Below are positions 39,401-47,410 of a DNA stretch of 64,000 nt, in pieces. Location of the stretch: positions 2,346 to 66,345 of the forward strand of contig VXME01000025.1 of NCBI GenBank assembly GCA_009861545.1, read 5' to 3'. Position numbers and translations under genes: made by a program. This stretch comes from Acidobacteriota bacterium. Its GTDB lineage: Bacteria > Acidobacteriota > Vicinamibacteria > Vicinamibacterales > UBA8438. The notes under the pieces are model-generated. The model searched no databases. It worked only from the letters and a program-made list of their open reading frames with translations, and was not told the origin of the DNA. Each line of letters starts with the position of its first letter. Within the stretch, counting starts at the first letter, position 1.

Positions 39401-40357
39401 GTGTCCGACGCCGTAACCGACGCCGAACACCTGTTTCCGCTGGACAACCTCCTGAAGTGCGATTACTTCGTGAAGTATCGCAAGGGCTACTACAAGGCTC
39501 GGGACCTGAATCTCCTCAACCCGTACAGGAACTACGTTGAACTCCTGACGTCGTTGAGCGAGATTTACGCATACAACGAGCGACATGCAAGATCGTTCGC
39601 AAAGCGAATCACGGCGAACGCGAGCGACTTCGGACAGTGTGAGGCGGTGTTCGCGGAGATAATCGTCTATCGTCACTACGTAAGGCCTGTTCACGAAGAC
39701 CTGGTTCGCCGGGTAGAACTCCACGAATCCGAAGCCGATGTTATCGTCGAACGGCCGGACGGCTCCAGGATGTTCCTCGAAGTCTTCAGCGTCAATCCGG
39801 ATTTTCCCATAGCGAAGAGAGGCGAGAAGCCAATCGTGAAGGACGTCAGGACGCATACCCAAAACGCCATGGCGTCGATCCGCCAGAAGCTGCTTCGAAA
39901 AATCAAGAGACAGAAGCAGATGTCTGCGCCGCGCGAGAACTATGCGGTCATCGAACTCAACAATCCCTCGATTGCGGGCGATTTCTCCGTCCTTTCGTCC
40001 CTGTCCGGCGGATACAAGGTGCAGCTCGACAGACGCACGCTACGGCCGGTGTCCTCCGGCTATGACTGGGGCGAATCAATTTTCAATGATCCAGCCACTC
40101 GATTCCTCAAGGGCATCATATATTTCAGCCTGGGTGACTATTCATCCAGGAAGTATCTATTGAATCCTGAAACGAGGCGGACCGATCAGGCTCCACTCGG
40201 TGAACGTTTCGATATGGACCAGTTTCTGCACGAAGCCAGACCCAGGATCTTCGATCCGGATGGAAATGTCACAGCGAGCGAAGGATTCGACGTCGATGAC
40301 TTTGTTCGGACGATCCACGAGGGCCGTGGCGTGGAGCGAAAGGACCTCTCGGATTGA
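39401..40357 (+). CDS. hypothetical protein, no recognisable family; 3' end translationally coupled to PIN toxin gene
   Basis: The ORF is open from 39242. The GTG at 39401 is a guess, placed where composition turns A/T-richer and coding-like. A possible weak PD-(D/E)xK-like block is 'AEIIVYRHY..ADVIVERPDGSRMFLEVFSV'. Confidence 0.5.
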   Translation: MSDAVTDAEHLFPLDNLLKCDYFVKYRKGYYKARDLNLLNPYRNYVELLTSLSEIYAYNERHARSFAKRITANASDFGQCEAVFAEIIVYRHYVRPVHEDLVRRVELHESEADVIVERPDGSRMFLEVFSVNPDFPIAKRGEKPIVKDVRTHTQNAMASIRQKLLRKIKRQKQMSAPRENYAVIELNNPSIAGDFSVLSSLSGGYKVQLDRRTLRPVSSGYDWGESIFNDPATRFLKGIIYFSLGDYSSRKYLLNPETRRTDQAPLGERFDMDQFLHEARPRIFDPDGNVTASEGFDVDDFVRTIHEGRGVERKDLSD

Positions 40358-40743
40358 TCGTCCTGGACACGAACGTCGTTTCCTACATCTTCGGTGGAGA
40401 CGACCGCGCCCAGTACTACATCGAACAGATCCGTGGTAGTCGAGCGCTGATCTCTTTTCAGACGCTGGAGGAGCTCTGGTACGGCGCGTTCGCCAAGGGC
40501 TGGGGCATACGGCGGAAGAACGAGCTCGCCCGCCATATCGAGCAATACGAAATCGTCTGGACCGGGCCCGAACTTGCGAAGGTGTGCGCGCGCCTGCGCA
40601 GCGAACGCCGGTCGGCCGGCCGCGAGATGAACTCCGCTGACGCCTGGATAGCCGCCACCGCCATCCTGCTGGAGTGCCCTCTTGCTTCGCATGACCGTGA
40701 CTTTTCCGAAATCCCGGGGCTGGAACTCATCCGGTCTTCGTGA
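40354..40743 (+). CDS. vapC: PIN domain ribonuclease toxin (VapC family)
   Basis: 'IVLDTNVVSYIF', 'SFQTLEELWYGA' and 'ADAWIAATAILLECPLASHDRDF' carry the acidic PIN residues. The TTG start overlaps the upstream TGA. Confidence 0.85.
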   Translation: MIVLDTNVVSYIFGGDDRAQYYIEQIRGSRALISFQTLEELWYGAFAKGWGIRRKNELARHIEQYEIVWTGPELAKVCARLRSERRSAGREMNSADAWIAATAILLECPLASHDRDFSEIPGLELIRSS

Positions 40744-40768
40744 CCGACGCGATCCAAGAGATGGCATC

Positions 40769-41503
40769 ATGCCTCGACTGACCGACTACCGCGTCCTGAC
40801 CTTCGACTGCTACGGCACCCTGATCGACTGGGAGTGCGGGATCTGGGACGCGCTGCAGCCGCTCATCATGCGCAACGGCAGGGCCGGGAACCACGTCTCC
40901 CGCGGCCCCGGCCTCCGGGCCTTCGCGCAGTGCGAGAGCCGGCAGGAGCAGGCAACGCCCGGCCTCCGCTATCCGGAGTTGCTGGCCCGCGTGCACCGGC
41001 GCATCGCTGAAAGCCTGGACCTCGAGAGCAGCGCGGCGCTCGACGAGGCGTTCGGCGCCTCGGTGCCGCACTGGCCCGCGTTCCCCGACACAGCCGACGC
41101 GCTGCGCGTCCTCAAGCGGCACTACAAGCTCGTCATCCTGTCCAACGTGCACCGCGAGGGCATCGCCGCCTCGAACCGCAAGCTCGGCGTGGAGTTCGAC
41201 GCCATCTACACCGCCGAGGACATCGGCTCGTACAAGCCTTCGGACGCCAACTTCGAGTACATGCTGACGCACCTGGAATCGGACCTGGGCCTGGAACGCT
41301 CCGTCGTCCTGCACACCGCGCAGAGCCTGCACCACGATCACGTGCCGGCGAAGCGCTTCGGGCTCGCCAACGCCTGGATCGACCGGCAGCGGCTGTCCGC
41401 GGGCGGAAGCTGGGGCGCCACCGAGCGCGTCGAAGAGATGCCGTCGACCGACTTCGTGTTCTTCTCGATGGGTGAGATGGCGGAAGCCGTGTCCACCATG
41501 TGA
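40769..41503 (+). CDS. HAD-superfamily hydrolase, haloacid dehalogenase type II-like
   Basis: 'VLTFDCYGTLIDWE' (DxYGT motif I), 'LVILSNV' and 'SYKPS'. Confidence 0.85.
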   Translation: MPRLTDYRVLTFDCYGTLIDWECGIWDALQPLIMRNGRAGNHVSRGPGLRAFAQCESRQEQATPGLRYPELLARVHRRIAESLDLESSAALDEAFGASVPHWPAFPDTADALRVLKRHYKLVILSNVHREGIAASNRKLGVEFDAIYTAEDIGSYKPSDANFEYMLTHLESDLGLERSVVLHTAQSLHHDHVPAKRFGLANAWIDRQRLSAGGSWGATERVEEMPSTDFVFFSMGEMAEAVSTM

Positions 41504-41563
41504 GGAACGATTCAACGTCCCGCGCGCCCCGCGGTGCCACCCAATGTGCCATGGGGCGTGCAG

Positions 41564-41604
41564 GGGAGCGACCCGCCGGAAACCTGCCGGGCCGGGTCGC
41601 TCCC
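41564..41604. terminator. GC-rich hairpin between convergent genes (possible bidirectional terminator)
   Basis: The 12-bp perfect stem GGGAGCGACCCG (41564-41575) pairs with CGGGTCGCTCCC (41593-41604) around a 17-nt loop, followed by 'ttcaaaag' (weak T tract). Confidence 0.35.
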
Positions 41605-41640
41605 TTCAAAAGTGTCCCTGGGGGAAGGCGGACCCGTCGC

Positions 41641-42342
41641 TCAAGCACGTGATCTTGAGTGCGCTCCGTCGCTGTAGCCGTGCCGCCGGAGCATCGCGAT
41701 GAACTCGGTTGGGTCAGTGGTGGCCGTGCGCAGGCTACGGTTCTTGAGCAGGGCGACGTACAGGGCGCAAGACCGAGCCTGACAGTTGATGGACTTGTCT
41801 GGATTGAATTCGATATCCGTAAACGCGTCGAACCCGACGAGCGCGTCATCGATCTCACCGTCCCGCTCGGCCAGAGCGCCCAACGCCCGGACATAGAGCC
41901 AATCGTAGAACGCTGTCTTCGGGGTGAGTTCCCAGTCGCGCCCGTCGAAACGGAATCCGGTCAGGTGATCGCCGGAGAACTGCCTCATGTACCGCTTCAC
42001 GTCACGGCCGGATCGCACCGAGTACAAGTGGGTGAATGGACCCCGAGCACCGAAGACCTTCGAGCCTTGGAAGGCCGCCTCCAGCAGGATCGGATTCGGC
42101 TGAGCATCGATCTCGATCGACAGACTGAAGGCACTGAGCCGCACTCCTAGTGGATTCGCCGACTTCGTAGACACCTCCAGCACGCTAGACGTGCCTAGAT
42201 CGGTCGCAGCCGACCGGTGAAGTGACTCGACGCAGCGCCGCTTCTGGCTCGCGGCGAAACCCGAGAACCACTCGAATTCAACGATTCGTTCTTCGACCAG
42301 GTAACCAGCGGGATCCGGGACGAATAGAGGACGTTTGGCCAT
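41641..42342 (-). CDS. hypothetical protein, putative cognate partner of DarT-like ART (not macrodomain/NADAR-like by eye)
   Basis: 233 aa, starting 32 nt downstream of the DarT-like ORF. Distinctive blocks are 'FEWFSGFAASQKRR', 'LEAAFQGSKVF', 'AFYDWLYVRAL' and 'FTDIEFNPDKSINCQARSCALYVAL'. Confidence 0.7.
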   Translation of the reverse strand: MAKRPLFVPDPAGYLVEERIVEFEWFSGFAASQKRRCVESLHRSAATDLGTSSVLEVSTKSANPLGVRLSAFSLSIEIDAQPNPILLEAAFQGSKVFGARGPFTHLYSVRSGRDVKRYMRQFSGDHLTGFRFDGRDWELTPKTAFYDWLYVRALGALAERDGEIDDALVGFDAFTDIEFNPDKSINCQARSCALYVALLKNRSLRTATTDPTEFIAMLRRHGYSDGAHSRSRA

Positions 42343-42373
42343 CGGACTGCAACCTGTGCCTTACGATGCCGAC

Positions 42374-43081
42374 TCAACGTTTGTAGCCCCGAATGGTCTT
42401 GGAGAGTTCATTTCGGTCGAATAGGTCCTTCTGGACGTCAACAGTCGGCGGTTCTACAGGCCAACTCGGGAGTGGTTTGTCAGTGGGCCAAATCGCGAGC
42501 AAGGGCGCGACGCTCGCCTTGACCGCATCCGATTCGACGACTATCTGGACAATGGCCCAAGTTGGAACGGCGTGTCTTACTAGGACTTCAGCTTGAATGT
42601 CGGTCGGGCAGTTCGGAAGACGATACTCTTGTCGACGGCGTCCCCGCGCGGACACGCGTGGCTGGAACATCGATTCGAACCCTTCGATACCGTCCTGGAC
42701 AAGGTCGCCGCGCGCAGTCGCGGCGTTGACCGGCGAGAATCTTGTACTCGGAAGCGCGAGTAGGACAGGCGTCAGACACAGATGAACCCACTCTTGCTCA
42801 GGTCGTTCCTTGCGGTAGTCGTCGAGCAAGTAGACGTTCGGATACTCAATCGAACAGCACACGTAATCCCGATGACGGTCCAATCGTCGGGGGTCGTTCA
42901 CCACTCCGTTGACGCCCCGATTGAGCAGGCTCCGCGTCGATGCGATTTCGCGGGCGGCGATGATCCCTGCCAGCGACGTGACGCGTGTGAAGTGGACGAG
43001 ACGGGTGATCGCAAGTTCCTTGATCCGTCGTAGTATTTGGCCGTTGAACGTAGCGGCTGACATGGCGTCCGTGACCGTCAT
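42374..43081 (-). CDS. DarT-like (DUF4433-like) ADP-ribosyltransferase
   Basis: Ordered blocks 'RLVHFTRVTSLAGII', 'DYVCCSIEYPNVYLL', 'FSPVNAAT' and 'IQAEVLVRHAVPTWAIVQIVV' match my recollection of the DarT H-Y-E motif order (h-H-h-T; D-Y-V-x-F-Y-F; x-A-E-h-L-V). Confidence 0.65.
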   Translation of the reverse strand: MTVTDAMSAATFNGQILRRIKELAITRLVHFTRVTSLAGIIAAREIASTRSLLNRGVNGVVNDPRRLDRHRDYVCCSIEYPNVYLLDDYRKERPEQEWVHLCLTPVLLALPSTRFSPVNAATARGDLVQDGIEGFESMFQPRVSARGRRRQEYRLPNCPTDIQAEVLVRHAVPTWAIVQIVVESDAVKASVAPLLAIWPTDKPLPSWPVEPPTVDVQKDLFDRNELSKTIRGYKR

Positions 43082-43215
43082 GGAGCGTCGACGCGCCCGC
43101 TACAGGCGCCGCTGCGTGCCGTCAGGCGAGCTTCACGGGTGGCGACAGACATGGCACCAGTAAGACTGCCGACCATGATCAGGAGCATGACGCCCTGGAT
43201 CCACGGTTTCGTCAT
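43078..43215 (-). CDS. 45-aa predicted membrane peptide (below ORF-track cutoff)
   Basis: Own translation: MTKPWIQGVMLLIMVGSLTGAMSVATREARLTARSGACSGRVDAP*. GAGG lies upstream and its TGA overlaps the DarT-like ATG (ATGA). Confidence 0.35.
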   Translation of the reverse strand: MTKPWIQGVMLLIMVGSLTGAMSVATREARLTARSGACSGRVDAP

Positions 43216-43250
43216 GACAACCTCGGCGGGAGCCCGTGGATCTGGTTCCA

Positions 43251-43460
43251 TCATGGGAAGAACACGAGCTTGATCAGCAAGCCGAGAATGGCTGGCCCGT
43301 AGCCGAACTTCAGCAACTTCATGTCGGCTTTCAGGTCGGCGATTGCCGCCTTCAGGTCATTGCCGATCCGTCCGATCTCGGTCTGCATGCGGTTGACGTC
43401 ACGTTCGAGGTCGAGCTTGGTCACCAAGTCTTCGCGGCCAGTGACCATCCTTCGGATCAT
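43251..43460 (-). CDS. small coiled-coil protein with C-terminal TM helix (DUF1640/XhlA-like)
   Basis: 'DLVTKLDLERDVNRMQTEIGRIGNDLKAAIADLKADMKLLKFGYGPAILGLLIKLVFFP' shows heptad-like repeats followed by a hydrophobic tail. Confidence 0.5.
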   Translation of the reverse strand: MIRRMVTGREDLVTKLDLERDVNRMQTEIGRIGNDLKAAIADLKADMKLLKFGYGPAILGLLIKLVFFP

Positions 43461-43573
43461 GCTACCACGGCCGGCGGCGGGCGCGCGGGCGGGGAACGCG
43501 GACCACGAGTAGCACAGGCCTTCCCTCTGCGGCCGTTCGGCGCATTCTTGGCCGACGGTGTTCCGGGCGAGCG

Positions 43574-46541
43574 TCAGTAGTACTGCCGGATGTAGCCATA
43601 GGCCCGGTCGAACAGCTCCTGGTCCTGGTGCAGGCGGTACTTGAACAACGTCTTTCGGAGCGCCCTCTTCACCTCCCGCTCGCCGGCCTTGGTCGTCTGC
43701 CAGCCCTCGAAGCGCACGTGCCGGACGATCTCGTCGATGTCGTTGACGACTCGCTCGACCATGACGGGCGTACGGTCGTTGCGGGCTTCCTCGAACAGCT
43801 CCGTCAGGGCGGCCTTGCCGCGCTCCTCGGGCGTTGCCGGCTCGACGGTCCGCTCTGCCTCTACCACGTCGCGGGCCAGATCGAGCAGTGACTTGAGGAA
43901 CTCGATACTGACGAGCAGCCCTTGCTCGTGCTTCTGCCGCAGCGCTTCGAGCCGCTCGCCGAGCGCGCGAAAGCGGGGGTCGCTCAGATGTCTGCGAAGC
44001 CGCTCGACGACCCTGATCTCGATCTCCTTCGACTTCTTCTCCGGGTCCGTCGTGCCGAGCACGGCGTCCAGCACGTCGGCGTCGAGCACCAGCGTCTCCA
44101 GGTCGTCGCGCACGGCCTCGACGTGAACGTGCCGGTGGATGAGGTCGATGGTCTTGGCGCCGAGCGTGTGCCAGAGGAGCTTGTCCGTTCCCGTCGAGGG
44201 CTTCAGCGACTCGTACACCTGGCCCAGCCAGCCGTGGTCGGCTTCGTACGGCTCCAGACTCGGGTCGGGGGAAATCGCGTCCCAGAGGCGCGCCAGGTAG
44301 CTGTAGTCGGCGGCGAATCCGTCGCGTGTCTCATTGTCCGGGAGACACTCCTGCGCGGCGATCAGTCCCTCGTAGCCGGTGACCGTGCGATCTACCCCGG
44401 AGAACCACGCCAGGCATTTCTGCACCGCCGCAGGAAGCGCGGCGACCAGCTCATTGAGGTTCGTGACGACGCGGGTGATGCCCTCCTCGTCGAACTGGAT
44501 CGCCTGGGCCACATCGTCGAATACCCCGAGGTAGTCGACGATCAGCCCGTGGGTCTTGGTCTCGCCGTACGGCCGGTTCGTGCGGCAGATGGCCTGCAGC
44601 AGCGTGTGGTCACGCAGCGGCTTGTCCAGGTACATCGCCTGCAGGATGGGCGCATCGAAGCCGGTCAGCAGCTTCGACGTGACAATCAGCAACTTGAGCG
44701 GGTCGTTCGGATCGCGGAAGCGGTCGAGCAGCCGCTCTTCGGCGTCCCGGTCCCGGCGGTAGGCGGCGTACTCGTCCTCTCCGCTGTTGACGGTCATGAC
44801 GACATCGGACATCTCGACGGGCAACACCCGGTCGAGCGCCTGCTTGTACAGCAGGCAGCCTTCACGGTCGTAGGTGACCACCTGCGCGCCAAAGCCGTTG
44901 GGAGCCACCTTCTCCTGGAAGTGCTTCGCGATGTCGACGCAGATCCGCTCGACCCGTTCCGGCGTCTTCAACAGCACCGCCGTGCGGGCCGCGGTCTTCG
45001 AGAGTTGCTCCCGATCCAGGTCGCTCAGCCCACCGGTCAGCTCCTGGTACTCGGCGTCAATGGAGGCCCGGTCGATGTGCAGCTCCGGCAACCGCGGCTC
45101 GAAGTGCAGCGGCTTCGTCGCGCCGTCTCGGATCGACTCCTCGAAACCGTAGCGGCTCAGGTAGCCGTATTCATCCTCCTCGGCGCCGAAAGCGAAGAAC
45201 GTGTTCCGGTCGGCGCGGTTGATCGGGGTCCCGGTCAGTCCGAACAGGAACGCGTTGGGGAGCGCCCTGCGCATCTTCCGCCCGAGGTCCCCTTCCTGAG
45301 AACGATGGGCCTCGTCGACCAGCACGATGATGTTTGTGACGGTCGTTCAGGACACCGTCCACCTCGCCGAACTTGAAGATCGTCGTGATGATGATCTTCC
45401 GAGCGTCCTGCGCGAGCAACCGTTCGAGATCCGCCCGGCTGTCGGCCTTCTCCAGATTCGGCGCGTCGGCCGCGTGGAAAGTGCTGGATATCTGCGTGTC
45501 GAGGTCGATCCGGTCGACCACGATGATCACCGTCGGGTTTCCCAACGCCGGATGCAGCCGCAGCTTGCGGGCCGCGAACAGCATCAGGAGCGACTTGCCG
45601 GAACCCTGGAAGTGCCAGACCAGGCCCTTCTTGGGGTGGCCGGCGACGACCCGTTCGACAATGCGGTTCGCCGCCTCGACTTGTTGGTAACGTGCGACGA
45701 TCTTGGCTCGCCGCTTCCCCTTGCCCGTGGCGTAGGCCGTGTAGCTGCCCAGCAGATCCAGAACCGTGTGGGGGCGCAGCATGGACGAAACGGTCTGCCT
45801 GATTCGTTCGAGGGCCGGCGTACCTGCGTCGTCGTCCGCCCGCCACGGTCCCCAGAGATCGACCGGCAGGCCGATCGATCCGTATCGCAGGTCTTTCCCT
45901 TCGGTGGCGACCGAGCAGAGGTTCGGCACGAACAGATCGGGCACGTTGCGCTCGTAGTCGTCGTGGATCTGCGTTGCCCCGTCGAACCAGCTCTGACTCG
46001 ACCGCACCGGCGTCTTCGCCTCGATGACGACCAGCGGCAGGCCGTTCACCAGCAGCACGAGATCCGCGCGGCGCTCGTTCGCACCCGATCGGACGGTGTA
46101 CTGCATGCTGACGACATACTGGTTTCGCTCGACGTCCTCATGGTCGACGAGCCGCACGGTGACGTGCTCGCCGTCCGCGCCGAACGGCATCGACCGCTCT
46201 CCGGCGAGCCACGCTGCGAACTCCTCGTTCGCCTTGACCAGCCCGTCCGTCCGCACGCCCATCAGAAAGGCGCGCAGCCGGTACAGCACGTCGTCGGCCC
46301 TATCCGGCTGCGCCGCGATCTCCGGGTTGAGGCGGAGCAGCGCTTCGCGCACGTGGTCCTCGACGAGGACCTCGTGTGCCTGTCGCGGAAGGTGCTGCGG
46401 CCCGAGGTAGTGCCATCCGAGGCCGGAGAGCGCGCCGTGCCGCCGAGCGAGACCGGGTCCGACCGCCGTGTGGTGGGTTACGCCGCCGCAGAGGATGTCA
46501 CGGACGAGGGCCTCGACCGTGTTCGACTCGGTGAAGGTCAT
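43574..46541 (-). pseudogene. hsdR: type I restriction enzyme R subunit, interrupted by a 1-nt frameshift
   Basis: The N-terminal ORF 45171..46541 ('ADLVLLVNGLPLVVIEAK' nuclease core; 'WHFQGSGKSLLM' Walker A) and the C-terminal ORF 43574..45325 ('LVDEAHRSQ' DEAH box; 'TGTPI'; 'QAICRTNR') are in different frames. Coding-strand sequence '...gac cgt cac aaA cat c...' has one extra A (plus-strand TTT at 45333-45335) relative to the '..DRHNIIVLVDEAH..' reading. Confidence 0.85.
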
Positions 46542-46567
46542 GCTGGCAAACCTTGATCGGGGTGCCG

Positions 46568-46924
46568 CTACGACACGCCGGCACCCTGGCCGGGTTCGAT
46601 CACAAGCAGCGTCGTGTCCGGTTCGGTGGTGAACGTTTCGATCTCATCGCGGTGGCTACGGAGACGCCGTTCAATCTCGCTGGTCGAGCAGTTGCCGAGC
46701 GCCAGCCAGACTACTTTCGGCGGCGCACCGTACAGGGAGGATCGACCGCTGAAGTCGCCGTCCTTCGACACGATGGTGAAGCCGTGCTGCCTCGCGTACG
46801 CCCAGACGGCCGAGTCGTCCGCGGCCGCCAGACCGACCGCTCGAACGTGAACGACCTCGGTCCAGACGTCGCGAAGGCGGTCGCACAGCCGCGGCGAGAG
46901 ATTCTGGTCGAGGAGCAGCTTCAC
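46568..46924 (-). CDS. DUF5615 (Mut7-C/PIN-like) family protein, putative toxin
   Basis: GTG start at 'VKLLLDQNLSPRLCDRLRDVWTEVVHVRAVGLAAADDSAVWAYARQHGFTIVSKDGDF'. It overlaps the upstream stop (GTGA). Confidence 0.75.
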   Translation of the reverse strand: MKLLLDQNLSPRLCDRLRDVWTEVVHVRAVGLAAADDSAVWAYARQHGFTIVSKDGDFSGRSSLYGAPPKVVWLALGNCSTSEIERRLRSHRDEIETFTTEPDTTLLVIEPGQGAGVS

Positions 46925-47148
46925 CTTCCGCCGACCGCAACCAGTCGCCGCTCGCGATCCGCGGCGAATGCGAGACAGGCCCGGATGTCTTCGCGCGTCA
47001 GATCCGGGAAGTCTCGGAGGAGGTCGTCCTCGGACATGCCGGACGCCAGGTAGTCGAGCACGTCGGAGACCGTCATGCGCAGGCCACGGATACACGGCTT
47101 GCCGCTGCGTTTTCCGGGCTCGATCGTGATCCGGTCCAAGTGCGCCAT
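46921..47148 (-). CDS. DUF433 family protein, putative antitoxin
   Basis: Start moved to 'MAHLDRITIEPGKRSGKPCIRGLRMTVSDVLDYLASGMSEDDLLRDFPDLTREDIRACLAFA', the typical DUF433 pattern. Confidence 0.75.
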   Translation of the reverse strand: MAHLDRITIEPGKRSGKPCIRGLRMTVSDVLDYLASGMSEDDLLRDFPDLTREDIRACLAFAADRERRLVAVGGR

Positions 47149-47410
47149 CGGCTCAGAGTACGAAACGTCCCGCCATCGGTCAAGCGGCTGGGCGGAGGGA
47201 CGCATGCCACGAAACGCCCTTGTTCCATACCTCGCGCAGCCAGGCGACGCCAACCGCGTGACCGGGTCATCCGCGGCTACGCTCACGGAATGAGCCGTTC
47301 GCCCTCTTGGACCCAGCGAAGGGTATCGGCCGGCTACACGCGCATCGTGGTGGCGATTCGTCTCCACGACTGAACGCTCTCATGCTTGTGAATACTGTCA
47401 CTGGCGGCGC

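Noticed and set aside
41504-41640. Search for direct repeats or att-like sites bounding the DarT-like/R-M block, comparing 41504-41640 with 51644-51768.
   Set aside because: No repeat longer than chance was found by eye. Only the hairpin at 41564-41604 stands out, and it is reported as a possible terminator.
42672-42682. T-loop-like 'gattcgaaccc', and a general scan for tRNA, rRNA and CRISPR arrays.
   Set aside because: The motif lies inside the DarT-like CDS with no acceptor or anticodon stems around it. I saw no cloverleaf candidates, no rRNA-like conserved blocks and no regularly spaced repeats anywhere in the window.
45325-45340. Programmed ribosomal frameshifting as an explanation for the split hsdR.
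   Set aside because: There is no X-XXY-YYZ slippery heptamer or obvious downstream structure at the junction. A simple 1-nt insertion in an A-run, or an assembly error, is more parsimonious.
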